A stretch of 64,000 bases of DNA from Bacteroidales bacterium (GTDB taxonomy: Bacteria > Bacteroidota > Bacteroidia > Bacteroidales > PUMT01): positions 2,650-66,649 of the forward strand of contig SKND01000035.1 of assembly GCA_007120695.1 (NCBI GenBank), written 5' to 3'. The notes under the pieces are model-generated. The model searched no databases. It was not told where the DNA came from and saw only the letters and a list, made by a program, of their open reading frames with translations. Both the position numbers and the translations under genes were made by a program. Shown piece after piece: positions 48,125-57,555 of this stretch. Within the stretch, counting starts at the first letter, position 1. The number at the start of each line of letters is the position of its first letter.

Positions 48125-48738
48125 ATACTTATATGGAGAAGTCTTTGAATAACAAATTTGTTGCTGCAATCAGTACTGAGGAGATAAAAGAGCTGCCATT
48201 GTCTGCCTTTCCCGGAGATATTATTGTGGTCGATGATCCGGAAGCGGTGCCCGAAGCGGTCGGTATGCTCAAAGAATTTGATATACTGGGTTTTGACACC
48301 GAGACAAAACCGGCATTCAAAAAAGGTGTGATCAATGGTGTTGCCCTGTTACAGCTTTCCGCGTCCGACCGGGCATTTATATTCCGCCTGAATATGACAG
48401 GATTGCCTGCTCCCCTGGTTAAATTACTTTCAAACCCTGATCTGGTAAAAGTTGGGGCCGCAATAAGGGATGATATAAAATCCCTCCAGAAAATGGCGCG
48501 ATTCAGGCCTGCAGGTTTTGTTGAGCTGCAGGATATGGTCAAAGAGTATAACATAACTGATAGCGGGCTCCGGAAAATTGCAGGAATTGTACTTGGTATC
48601 CAGATTTCGAAGGCACAGCAGGTATCAAACTGGGAGAAACAGGTGCTTTCCGATGCTCAGCTTATATATGCGGCCACCGATGCCTGGGTCTGCCATGAAA
48701 TTTACAGGAAGCTGCTCAACTCTACAAATAACAGTTAG
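48121..48738 (+). CDS. DEDDy 3'-5' exonuclease (RNase D / WRN exonuclease-like domain)
   Basis: 205 aa. ExoI is LGFDTETKP, ExoII is KVGAAIRDDIKSL and ExoIII is YAATDAWVCHEIY. Confidence 0.8.
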   Translation: MNTYMEKSLNNKFVAAISTEEIKELPLSAFPGDIIVVDDPEAVPEAVGMLKEFDILGFDTETKPAFKKGVINGVALLQLSASDRAFIFRLNMTGLPAPLVKLLSNPDLVKVGAAIRDDIKSLQKMARFRPAGFVELQDMVKEYNITDSGLRKIAGIVLGIQISKAQQVSNWEKQVLSDAQLIYAATDAWVCHEIYRKLLNSTNNS

Positions 48739-48744
48739 TACCCG

Positions 48745-49920
48745 ATGCAAAAAATAATTCTTAAACCAGGCAAGGAGCAATCTATTTACAGGTTTCACCC
48801 ATGGATCTTTTCCGGTGCAATTAAAACTATAACTGGCAATCCCAGGGAAGGCGACCCGGTAGAAATATTTTCATCTGCGGATGAATGTCTTGGTACTGGC
48901 CATTTTCAGCAGGGGTCTATAACAGTCCGGATGCTTTCATTTAAACCGGCAAAGCTTGACAGCACCTTTTGGAAAGGAAAGATCATAAACGCACTGGAGT
49001 TGAGAAAGGTTTGCAACCTGGCGGGGAGTGGCCATACTGATGCTTACCGTCTTGTTAATGCTGAAGGTGACGGAATGCCAGGCATGATAATTGATTTTTA
49101 CAATGGTACTGCCGTCATGCAGGCTCATGCTCCCGGTATGTACATGATAAGAAATCAACTGGCGGAGGTTTTAAAGGATGTTCTAAAGGAGGATCTCACA
49201 TCTGTTTATTACAGGAGTGCACCCGGAGCTGCCGGCCGAAACGGGCGGCAGGAAAACGGGTATCTTACCGGAGGGGAGTCGCGTACCATAATAACCGAGT
49301 ATGGCCATAAATTCTCTGTCGACTTGGAAGGGGGGCAAAAAACTGGTTTCTTCATAGATCAGCGTGAAAACCGCAAACTCCTAATGGATTATTCTCAGGG
49401 CAAAAAGGTTCTGAACATGTTCGGATACACCGGTGGTTTCTCTGTATATGCCTTAAGCGGAGGTGCATCACTGGTTGACACTGTAGACAGCTCTGCAAAG
49501 GCTGTTGAGAAGGCACATGAAAATGTGGAACTTAACTTTCCCTCTGATAAGCATCATAAGGCCTATTGCGCTGACGTATTCGATTTCTTCCGTGAGCAGG
49601 GCAACGTATATGATATTGTTATACTGGATCCCCCCGCATTTGCCAAGGGCATGAAAGCCAGGAATAATGCCCTTCAGGCTTACCGGCGGCTCAATACAAA
49701 AGCTTTGGAAAAGATCTCACCGGGAGGACTGCTTTTTACCTTCTCGTGTTCCCAGGTTGTCTCAAAGGAGCAGTTCAGGCAGGCTGTCTATTCCGCCGCT
49801 CTCCAGTCAGAAAGGGAGATCAGGGTCCTGCACCAGCTTTCACAACCTGCCGATCACCCGGTAAGCATTTACCATCCCGAGGGCGAATACCTGAAAGGGC
49901 TGGTATTGCAGGTTCTTTAA
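48745..49920 (+). CDS. rlmI: 23S rRNA (cytosine1962-C5)-methyltransferase RlmI-like class I SAM MTase
   Basis: 391 aa with a PUA-like N-terminus (HPWIFSGAI). Motifs GQKTGFFIDQRENR, LNMFGYTGGFS and ILDPPAF. Confidence 0.85.
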   Translation: MQKIILKPGKEQSIYRFHPWIFSGAIKTITGNPREGDPVEIFSSADECLGTGHFQQGSITVRMLSFKPAKLDSTFWKGKIINALELRKVCNLAGSGHTDAYRLVNAEGDGMPGMIIDFYNGTAVMQAHAPGMYMIRNQLAEVLKDVLKEDLTSVYYRSAPGAAGRNGRQENGYLTGGESRTIITEYGHKFSVDLEGGQKTGFFIDQRENRKLLMDYSQGKKVLNMFGYTGGFSVYALSGGASLVDTVDSSAKAVEKAHENVELNFPSDKHHKAYCADVFDFFREQGNVYDIVILDPPAFAKGMKARNNALQAYRRLNTKALEKISPGGLLFTFSCSQVVSKEQFRQAVYSAALQSEREIRVLHQLSQPADHPVSIYHPEGEYLKGLVLQVL

Positions 49921-49936
49921 CCCTCATAGACGTACT

Positions 49937-50701
49937 TTACCTGGTGAAGACCCATTCATTGTCGCTGCTCTGGTTATCGTCATAACTGTACCCTTCCATG
50001 CTGAAATGCTTTATATCCTCTGCTTTCCTGAGCCTGTTCTGAATAATAAAACGGCCCATCATTCCTCTTGCCTTTTTTGCAAGGATCCCGATCACTTTGT
50101 ATTTATCGTTGCGGTACTCCTTGAATACGGGGGTCACCACCTTCCCCCGGAGTTTCTCTGTATCAATTACCCTGAAGTATTCCTGGCTTGCCAGGTTCAT
50201 CAGTACTTTTTCCCTGTGTTTTTCAAGATCATTGTTAATGGCTTCTGTTATGGTACCGGTCCAGAATTGGTATAAGGACTTCCCCCCTGAGGTGATCAAT
50301 TTTGCACCCATTTCCAGCCTGTAGGGTTGTATAAGATCAAGAGGCCTTAACATTCCATAAAGGCCTGAAAGAATGCGCAGGTGATCCTGGGCAAAATCCA
50401 TGTCGTCACCTGAGAAATTTTCGGGTTTCATGCTGCGGTAAACGTCTCCATTGAAACTCAGGAGTGCCTGGCCTGCATTTTCTGTGTCAAATGGGGTCTT
50501 CCACTGTGAATATCGCTCAAAAGTAAGGTTGGCAATATCATCACTCACATTCATCAGAACCGCCAGATCGGTGGGTGAGAACTGCCGCAGCTCCTCTATC
50601 AGTTGTGTCGATTTGTCAAGAAAGCCGGGAGTTGTATTTTTTCTGATCTTTCCGTTTGTTTTTATATCCAGTCTTTTTGCGGGTGAGATAATTATGATCA
50701 T
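49937..50701 (-). CDS. yaaA: peroxide stress protein YaaA (UPF0246)
   Basis: 254 aa. Motifs MIIIISPAKRLD, RILSGLYGMLRPLD and IQPYRLEMG. Confidence 0.9.
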   Translation of the reverse strand: MIIIISPAKRLDIKTNGKIRKNTTPGFLDKSTQLIEELRQFSPTDLAVLMNVSDDIANLTFERYSQWKTPFDTENAGQALLSFNGDVYRSMKPENFSGDDMDFAQDHLRILSGLYGMLRPLDLIQPYRLEMGAKLITSGGKSLYQFWTGTITEAINNDLEKHREKVLMNLASQEYFRVIDTEKLRGKVVTPVFKEYRNDKYKVIGILAKKARGMMGRFIIQNRLRKAEDIKHFSMEGYSYDDNQSSDNEWVFTR

Positions 50702-50850
50702 TTCAAATGTTATTATTTATTTAAAATAAATTGAGATAAGCTTTTACAAGTTTGCCATAAAGTGCCGGATGACTGTTTCCGGTTTAAGGTTAACTGTTTG
50801 CGGCGGGAATCGCTTGTTTTTAGAATAATTATTAATTTTTTCCCCTTTTT

Positions 50851-51447
50851 TCAGAATGGCAAAAAGAAAAGTGAGTAACTGTATTCCCGCGGATATGTTC
50901 TGTACCTTTCCCTTGCGGTTACCGGCGTTCCGCCCACCCCGGCAACCATGTGGTCGATTTTCAGAACAGGTGTTCCGGACCTCTCAAGCTGGTATGGATA
51001 CCATGCATTTTGCAGATTAGTGTATGGGTTGACAGCCACATTCAAAAGGTGGTCTCCCCAGAAAGCAAGTCCCCGTCCCCACACATCGGAAATTTCAAAT
51101 GTGCGGATGTATGACCCTGTAGGATTGAAATCAAGAGGTATATTCCTGTACAGGCTGTATCCGTAACCCTGCATCTGCCAGGTTCCGGGAACGGTTATCT
51201 CATCCCAGCCGGTATAATCGAAACCCTGCTCATAGAATCCTGCCGGGGCATAAAGAGGACTCCTGGCCCAGCAGAATTTCCATTTTCCGTCAAGCGAACG
51301 GTACCATGGAGATCTGTTCCATTCCCCGCGAAGGTCATTGTGATCCCTGTCCTGCGAAAAAGCGGCCAGGGAAATAAAAAGAATCGCACCGGCCAGAACA
51401 CCCCGGTTCATGATGGCATCTAACATGTTTGACAAAGGAAGGTGCAT
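50851..51447 (-). pseudogene. internally deleted relic of a GH2 beta-galactosidase (N-terminal about 120 aa fused in frame to the C-terminal about 60 aa)
   Basis: 198-aa ORF. A signal peptide is followed by RSLDGKWKFCWARSP...FDYTGWDEITVPGTWQMQGYGY.LYRNIP...NPTGSYIRTFEIS, the start of the GH2 sugar-binding domain. It then goes directly to ...LKIDHMVAGVGG...YRTYPREYSYSLFFLPF, the extreme C-terminus of LacZ-type enzymes. The about 800 aa that carry the catalytic TIM barrel are missing. Confidence 0.55.
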
Positions 51448-51597
51448 TTTAGCTGGTTTATAAGTGTTTAGTTTACAATAATAAATTAATTTTTGGAACT
51501 ATCATCTCTTTTTTTCATAAATTGCATCTTTTTGACGGGATGAACTGATGCCTTTCTGCCGGAGAAGGAATTACACAGAGTCATAAAGGTTAATAAA

Positions 51598-53859
51598 ATG
51601 AAAATATTTCTCAGGATCCTTAAGGTCGGGGGACTAATACTGCTTGCATTGATAATTGTTGTCAGCGGATTGGTTATCAGCGGACTTTTTTACCGCAAGC
51701 ATGATCTGCGGCTTGACAGGGAAGCTTTTCCATGGGTGCGGACAGAGGCTGATATCAATCGGCTGGCGGTGGAACTCGTTGGTCAGATGACCCTTGATGA
51801 AAGGCTCCGTCAGCTTACCGGTGAAAGCCTTTTTATAACCTACCGGCGTTTTATTGGCTCATTTTTTTTAAAAGACCAGTTTCCTCATATCTTCAGCGGC
51901 CGGAACAGCAGGCTCAATATTCCGCCGTTTGTCCTCTCCGACGGTCCCCGCGGCGCGGTTGTAGGAAAGGGCAATACCAGCTTTCCTGTTGCCATGGCAA
52001 GGGGTGCCACCTGGGACACAGATCTTGAAAGACGGGTAGGTGAGGCGATGGCCATGGAACTGCGGGCCAATAATACCAATTACCTTGCTGCGCCTTGCAT
52101 AAATCTGTTACGCCACCCTGCCTGGGGAAGGGCACAGGAGACCTATGGTGAAGATCCCTGGCTGCTTGGCGAGATGGGACTCTCGCTTGTTGAAGGAGTT
52201 CAGAAGCATAACGTTATGGCCTGCGCCAAACATTTTGCGGTGAACAGCATTGAGAATTCCCGTTTCTACCTTGATGTGGATATGGACGAAAGAACACTCC
52301 GGGAGGTCTACCTGCCGCATTTCAGGAAAGTGGTGCAGGAGGGTAATATTGCATCTGTCATGAGTGCCTACAATAAATTCAGAGGCGAGTACTGCGGCCA
52401 CAGCCACTATCTGCTTACTCATATTCTTCGTGATGAATGGGGCTTTGAAGGTTTTGTGTCGAGCGACTGGATATGGGGTTTACGTGACGGAGTAAAGGGA
52501 ATTAATGCTGGTATGGATGTTGAAATGCCGGCACGACGGTATTACTCCAGGAGGAGGATTGCTTCAGCACTGGAGAGCGGAGAAGTTTCAATGGAGCAGA
52601 TAGATGACATGGTGCTCAGGGTGTTGCGCACCAAACTGCTATATGCCTTCAGGGAAGATCCCTTGATTTACGGGAGCAACCTGAAGGCTGATGAGAGAAA
52701 TGTTGATCTTGCCAGGGAAGTGGCCGAAAAAAGCATGGTGCTGATAAAAAATGAGAGTGTCCTTCCCTTTGATATCCGGAATATTCGTAAAGTAGCTATA
52801 ATAGGCAGGCTGGCTGATGTTGAGAATACCGGCGACCGTGGCAGCAGCCATGTACGCACACCATACATTGTTACTCCATGGAAGGGGATTAATGATTACC
52901 TTTCGGAGCATGGCGGCGAAGCGGTTTTATATACAGGCGATGATACAGCAGAAGCACTGCGTATAGCTGAGGAAGCCGATGCTGTGGTAATTATTGCAGG
53001 TTTTACCCATGAAGATGAAGGAGAGTACATTGTTGCTGATCCTGAAAAACAGAGAGAGGCCGGGGGACCGGTTGATGGTGGTTTCAGTTCATCGGGCGAC
53101 AGGCATGATCTGAGGCTTAAAAAAGAGGATGAGGAGATGATCCGGGCCCTTTCTGGTGTGAACCCTGCCACGGTGGTGACTTATGTTGGTGGCAGTGCAA
53201 TAACCATGGAGGAGTGGCGGCAGGATATACCCGCCATACTGTTTGCCTGGTACCCGGGAATGGAAGGCGGCAATGCGCTTGCCGGCATTCTTTTTGGCGA
53301 AGTGAATCCGGGAGGCAAACTGCCCTTTACAATACCTGAAGATGAAAATGATCTTCCATGGTTTGATCCATGGGCTGATACCGTTACCTACGGGTATTAT
53401 CATGGTTATACCCTTTTTGATAAAAAGGGTTACAATGCTGCCTGGCGGTTTGGTCACGGCCTCAGTTATACAACCTTTCGTTACGATAATATGGTTGTTC
53501 ACAATCCGCTTATTGGTCCCCTTGACACCCTGTATGTAAGCGTTGATGTTACAAACACGGGGGAAAGGACCGGTGATGAGGTGGTGCAGCTCTATATCGG
53601 GTTTTTAAATTCTCAGGCCGACAGGCCTGTGAAACTTTTAAGGGGCTTTTCGCGGATTGAATTGTTGCCGGGGGAGACACGGAGAACCAGCTTCACAGTG
53701 CCTGCCAAAGACATTGCAATGTATGATCCCGTCGAAGGTGAGTGGGTAACAGAAAACATGGTTTATGAGATTTATGCCGGTCCCTCGTCAGCCGGTGAAG
53801 ATCTATTGGTTTCAGCCTTTGAAATGAAGAAAATTAAGAATTACAGACAACAGGAATAA
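51598..53859 (+). CDS. glycoside hydrolase family 3 beta-glucosidase with N-terminal membrane anchor
   Basis: 753 aa. The N-terminus is a TM helix, KVGGLILLALIIVVSGLVISGLF. Motifs LSDGPRGAV, KHFAVNS and GFVSSDW (nucleophile Asp), plus a C-terminal Fn3-like domain (VVQLYIGF...KLLRGF). Confidence 0.9.
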   Translation: MKIFLRILKVGGLILLALIIVVSGLVISGLFYRKHDLRLDREAFPWVRTEADINRLAVELVGQMTLDERLRQLTGESLFITYRRFIGSFFLKDQFPHIFSGRNSRLNIPPFVLSDGPRGAVVGKGNTSFPVAMARGATWDTDLERRVGEAMAMELRANNTNYLAAPCINLLRHPAWGRAQETYGEDPWLLGEMGLSLVEGVQKHNVMACAKHFAVNSIENSRFYLDVDMDERTLREVYLPHFRKVVQEGNIASVMSAYNKFRGEYCGHSHYLLTHILRDEWGFEGFVSSDWIWGLRDGVKGINAGMDVEMPARRYYSRRRIASALESGEVSMEQIDDMVLRVLRTKLLYAFREDPLIYGSNLKADERNVDLAREVAEKSMVLIKNESVLPFDIRNIRKVAIIGRLADVENTGDRGSSHVRTPYIVTPWKGINDYLSEHGGEAVLYTGDDTAEALRIAEEADAVVIIAGFTHEDEGEYIVADPEKQREAGGPVDGGFSSSGDRHDLRLKKEDEEMIRALSGVNPATVVTYVGGSAITMEEWRQDIPAILFAWYPGMEGGNALAGILFGEVNPGGKLPFTIPEDENDLPWFDPWADTVTYGYYHGYTLFDKKGYNAAWRFGHGLSYTTFRYDNMVVHNPLIGPLDTLYVSVDVTNTGERTGDEVVQLYIGFLNSQADRPVKLLRGFSRIELLPGETRRTSFTVPAKDIAMYDPVEGEWVTENMVYEIYAGPSSAGEDLLVSAFEMKKIKNYRQQE

Positions 53860-53893
53860 CTGATACTGAAACATCATTAATTTTTATACCATT

Positions 53894-56140
53894 ATGAAGA
53901 TAGCAGTTATAGGAACTTATCCGCCAAAAAAATGCGGGATAGGCACTTTTACCAGGAACCTGGTCAGGGCGATTCTTGCTAATACAGGCGAAAAGGAGGC
54001 TTCTGAAAAGATGATGATCCTGGCATTGAATGAAGACAACAGTGATTATGATTATCCGCCTGAAGTCAAATTCAGGATAAGGCAGAACCGGCAGAGGGAT
54101 TATGCCGATGCTGCAAGGCAGATCAATTTCAGTGACTCCGACCTGTGCATTCTGGAACACGAATTCGGCATTTTCGGAGGTGATGACGGGGTATATATAT
54201 TGCCGCTTCTTCACAAGCTTGAAGTTCCCCTTATCGTAACTTTCCATACCGTCATCAGGGAGCCTTCATACACACAACGCTCAATAGTTGAGGAGATTGG
54301 AAAGAAAGCCGCGCGTATTGTCGTGATGAGTGAACGTGCCATTGAATTTCTGACGCAGATCTACAATATACCTTCTGAGAAGATTGTTCTGATCGAACAT
54401 GGGGTGCCTGAGCATGAGAAAATTTCGCGGAAGAATGCAAAGGAGAGTTTTGGTTTTGATAACAGAAGGGTGTTGCTCACCTTCGGATTGCTCAGCCGTA
54501 ACAAAGGTATTGAAATAGTGCTTAATGCCCTGCCCGGTTTGACTGAAAAGCATAACGACCTTCTCTATGTTATCCTGGGTGCAACCCATCCATCGGTTGT
54601 AAAGCATACCGGAGAAGAGTACAGAAATTACCTCAGGAGGATAGTCAAAACCAAAGGGCTTGATAACCATGTCTATTTCAATAATGAATTTGTATCTGAG
54701 GAAAAGCTTTTTGAATATCTTGCGGCGACCGATATCTATATAACCCCTTACCTTAGCGAGGCACAGATAACCAGCGGCACCCTGGCCTATGCTGTGGGTT
54801 CTGGCTGTGCGGTTGTATCCACTCCCTACTGGCATGCACAGGAGCTTCTGGCAAACGGCAGGGGTCGATTATTTGATTTCAGGGACAGCGATCAGCTGGC
54901 CGGCATTCTTGATGAGCTGCTTTCCGATGATGAGAAGCTTATGAAACTCAGGGGAAGGGCAAGAGAATATGGAAAAAAGATCAGCTGGCCCAAAATAGGG
55001 CGCCAATACCTCGACCTGGCAAAATATGTGCTGGACCACTGGAATAAGGAGCCTGAAACTGTAAAACAGACAATCGACCTTGCACTGATGCCTTCCTATG
55101 ACCTTACTCACGTTAAGAGACTGACAGATGATACCGGCATTGTGCAGCATGCAAAATACGGGGTTCCGAACCTTAAGGAGGGGTATTGTGTTGATGACAA
55201 TTCCAGGGCGCTGCTTATGTCTCTGCTTGCCTGGAGGCAAAACAAGGACAAAGATTCACTCGATCTGATGCCCGTCTATCTGAGCTTTATCCATTATATG
55301 CAAAGGGGAAATGGTAATTTCAGGAATTTTCTCAGTTTTAGCCGCCAGTTTCTTGATGAGTACGGGTCGGAGGATTCTTTCGGGAGGACCATCTGGGCAT
55401 TGGGTTACCTAATCCGGTGGGCGCCGAATGATGCATTCAAGCAGACCGGAAGGGAAATATTTTTCAATTCCGTGCCATATTTCAGAAATCTTGAATCGAT
55501 AAGGGGAATTGCAAATACTGTTATAGGCATCAGCTATTACCTTAAGGATTCGCCGGGTGATGAGGCAGTATCCGGGCATTTGAAGGAGTTGCTGCAGAAG
55601 CTGACCGATTCATATAAAAAAAACCGGTCCATGGATTGGAAATGGTTTGAGGATAAGCTTACTTACGATAATGCCATACTGCCCCTGGCACTGTTTTCAG
55701 CTTTTGAAATAACGGGGGATAAAGAACTTCTTTCCATGGCAGCTGAGTCGACTGAATTTCTTGAGTCGGCAACCTTCAGCAAGGGATATCTGATGCCCGT
55801 GGGTAACAGAAGCTGGTATACAAAAGGGGGAGGGATACCTGAATTTGACCAGCAGTCGATCGATGTAATGGCGATGATACTAATGTATTACAGGGCTTTT
55901 AGTGTAACAGCCGACAGGTTGTACCTGGACCGGATGTTTAATGCATACCTGTGGTTCCTGGGAGAGAATTCACTAAGACTCCCCTTGTACGATCATGAGA
56001 CAAAAGGAAGTTGTGACGGACTAGAGAGTCACGGCGTTAACAGAAACCAGGGAGCAGAAAGCACTCTTGCCTACTGGATATCTCACCTGACAGTACTTGC
56101 TGCGCAGGAGAAGGAACTGCTGGTAACTAAAATCAGTTAA
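53894..56140 (+). CDS. GT4-family glycosyltransferase fused to an uncharacterised about 350-aa C-terminal domain
   Basis: 748 aa. Residues 1 to about 385 are GT-B/GT4 (MKIAVIGTYPPKKCGIGTF; E-x7-E region PYLSEAQITSGTLAYAVGSGCAVVSTPYWHAQE). Residues from about 395 onward are helical-repeat-like (GYCVDDNSRALL, TYDNAILPLAL, NQGAESTLAYW) with no family I can name. Confidence 0.75.
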   Translation: MKIAVIGTYPPKKCGIGTFTRNLVRAILANTGEKEASEKMMILALNEDNSDYDYPPEVKFRIRQNRQRDYADAARQINFSDSDLCILEHEFGIFGGDDGVYILPLLHKLEVPLIVTFHTVIREPSYTQRSIVEEIGKKAARIVVMSERAIEFLTQIYNIPSEKIVLIEHGVPEHEKISRKNAKESFGFDNRRVLLTFGLLSRNKGIEIVLNALPGLTEKHNDLLYVILGATHPSVVKHTGEEYRNYLRRIVKTKGLDNHVYFNNEFVSEEKLFEYLAATDIYITPYLSEAQITSGTLAYAVGSGCAVVSTPYWHAQELLANGRGRLFDFRDSDQLAGILDELLSDDEKLMKLRGRAREYGKKISWPKIGRQYLDLAKYVLDHWNKEPETVKQTIDLALMPSYDLTHVKRLTDDTGIVQHAKYGVPNLKEGYCVDDNSRALLMSLLAWRQNKDKDSLDLMPVYLSFIHYMQRGNGNFRNFLSFSRQFLDEYGSEDSFGRTIWALGYLIRWAPNDAFKQTGREIFFNSVPYFRNLESIRGIANTVIGISYYLKDSPGDEAVSGHLKELLQKLTDSYKKNRSMDWKWFEDKLTYDNAILPLALFSAFEITGDKELLSMAAESTEFLESATFSKGYLMPVGNRSWYTKGGGIPEFDQQSIDVMAMILMYYRAFSVTADRLYLDRMFNAYLWFLGENSLRLPLYDHETKGSCDGLESHGVNRNQGAESTLAYWISHLTVLAAQEKELLVTKIS

Positions 56141-56269
56141 AAATTCAGCCAGTCAGCATAATTTTTTACAGGGGATTATAACGGGCACTGCAACGCATTC
56201 ACATATCGGGTGAAGAACAATCCTGTCGAACCGGAACATGTTGAGCCTGGAAGAATCTTGCTTTACAGG

Positions 56270-56662
56270 TTATAACCTTTTGTAATGCCTGGTTTCGCCG
56301 TAATGAAATTCATGATCGCGCGGAGGGGGTTTAATTAAACTTTCAATTATATAGGTTGCCACTGACAGCAGAATGCTGAAAAATATTGCCTTTCCAAATG
56401 ACTCAACCTCAAAGCCCCTTATCCAGTTGCTTGCTATCCAGATCATAAGACCGTTGATAACCAGCAGGAACAAACCGAAAGTAAATATTGTTATTGGAAT
56501 TGTAAGTACTATCAGAACAGGTTTTATAATCAGGTTGAGGATGGTCAGAACCAGCGTAACCCAGAGGGCCGATGTGAATGAGATTACTTCAACACCAGGG
56601 ATCAGCCAGGCAATTCCCATTACTGAGAGGGCAATTAATATGAACTTTGTAATGCTTCTCAT
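56270..56662 (-). CDS. DUF360 / phage holin family IV-like 4-TM membrane protein
   Basis: 130 aa. The pattern is LIPGVEV.SF.SALWVTLVLTILNLIIKPVL..LTIPITIFTFGLFLLVINGLM. Confidence 0.65.
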   Translation of the reverse strand: MRSITKFILIALSVMGIAWLIPGVEVISFTSALWVTLVLTILNLIIKPVLIVLTIPITIFTFGLFLLVINGLMIWIASNWIRGFEVESFGKAIFFSILLSVATYIIESLIKPPPRDHEFHYGETRHYKRL

Positions 56663-56684
56663 AGGATCATAATTTATGGTAATC

Positions 56685-56715
56685 CAAATTTAGACCAAAT
56701 TTTTTTTAATTCAAA
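56685..56715 (-). promoter_or_regulatory. Bacteroidota-type promoter for the DUF360 gene
   Basis: On the minus strand: TTTG (complement of 56712..56715), a 19-nt spacer, then TAAATTTG (complement of 56685..56692). The predicted leader is about 16 nt. Confidence 0.5.
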
Positions 56716-57072
56716 GAATCAATTACCGGAGTGTTTGCCTGCAGATACAATCCGGTTCCTGAACCGGCATATTCATAAATCACCTGTCGCCGGGGGAACA
56801 CTGTTTAAATGAACAGTGCGACGGCCAGTGTAAATATTTGGCAAAAAAACTGAATAATAGAATATTATTGTAAATAAAGAAGTACCTTTGATAAACTTTT
56901 TATGACCTGAGAAAGAGAGTTTGGTAGTTGGCATATGCCTTAATCAAAAATGCAACCTGCAAAAATTCATTTCCTGCTATACGGAAGATTCCGGACTACC
57001 TGCAGAATCAGGACTGTAAAATGTATGTTGTAATTCAGTAATTAATTTATTTAAAAACAAATTTGTTAAGGT

Positions 57073-57378
57073 ATGAAGATTTATGTAGGTAACCTCAATT
57101 ACAGAACCACTGAGGACGAGATTAACCAGCTTTTTTCGGATTTTGGAGAAGTTAAATCCGTACAGATTATCAGCGACAAAATGAGTGGACGCTCAAAAGG
57201 GTTCGCATTTGTCGAAATGGAGGATGATACAGAGGCCAAAGAGGCCATTGAGGCTTTGAATGAGACTGAATTTGCTCAGAGGAACCTGGTGGTAAATGAA
57301 GCCCGACCAATGAATCCTGACGGCCCCAGAGGCGACAGGAGAGGTGGTCGCCAACAGGATAGCAGAAGGCGCTACTAG
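57073..57378 (+). CDS. RRM-type RNA-binding protein with Arg/Gly-rich tail
   Basis: 101 aa. RNP2 is IYVGNL and RNP1 is KGFAFVEM. The C-terminus is GPRGDRRGGRQQDSRRRY. Confidence 0.9.
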   Translation: MKIYVGNLNYRTTEDEINQLFSDFGEVKSVQIISDKMSGRSKGFAFVEMEDDTEAKEAIEALNETEFAQRNLVVNEARPMNPDGPRGDRRGGRQQDSRRRY

Positions 57379-57414
57379 TTTGTTCTACCATCACGTTATT
57401 ATTGTTCAGCACAG

Positions 57415-57443
57415 CAGCCGGAGAAAGGATTCTCCGGCTGTTT
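57415..57443 (+). terminator. rho-independent terminator after the RRM gene
   Basis: A 10-bp stem, CAGCCGGAGA (57415..57424) / TCTCCGGCTG (57431..57440), with a 6-nt loop, followed by TTTG. It lies 37 nt after the stop codon. Confidence 0.6.
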
Positions 57444-57555
57444 GCAATATATTGAGCGGTGACAGAAACAGAAAGACTAAATTGGGATTATTGAATCCCT
57501 TTTTCAAAAAAATGATCTAACTTTGGTGTCCGACCAACAAATTTTCTGATTTTAT

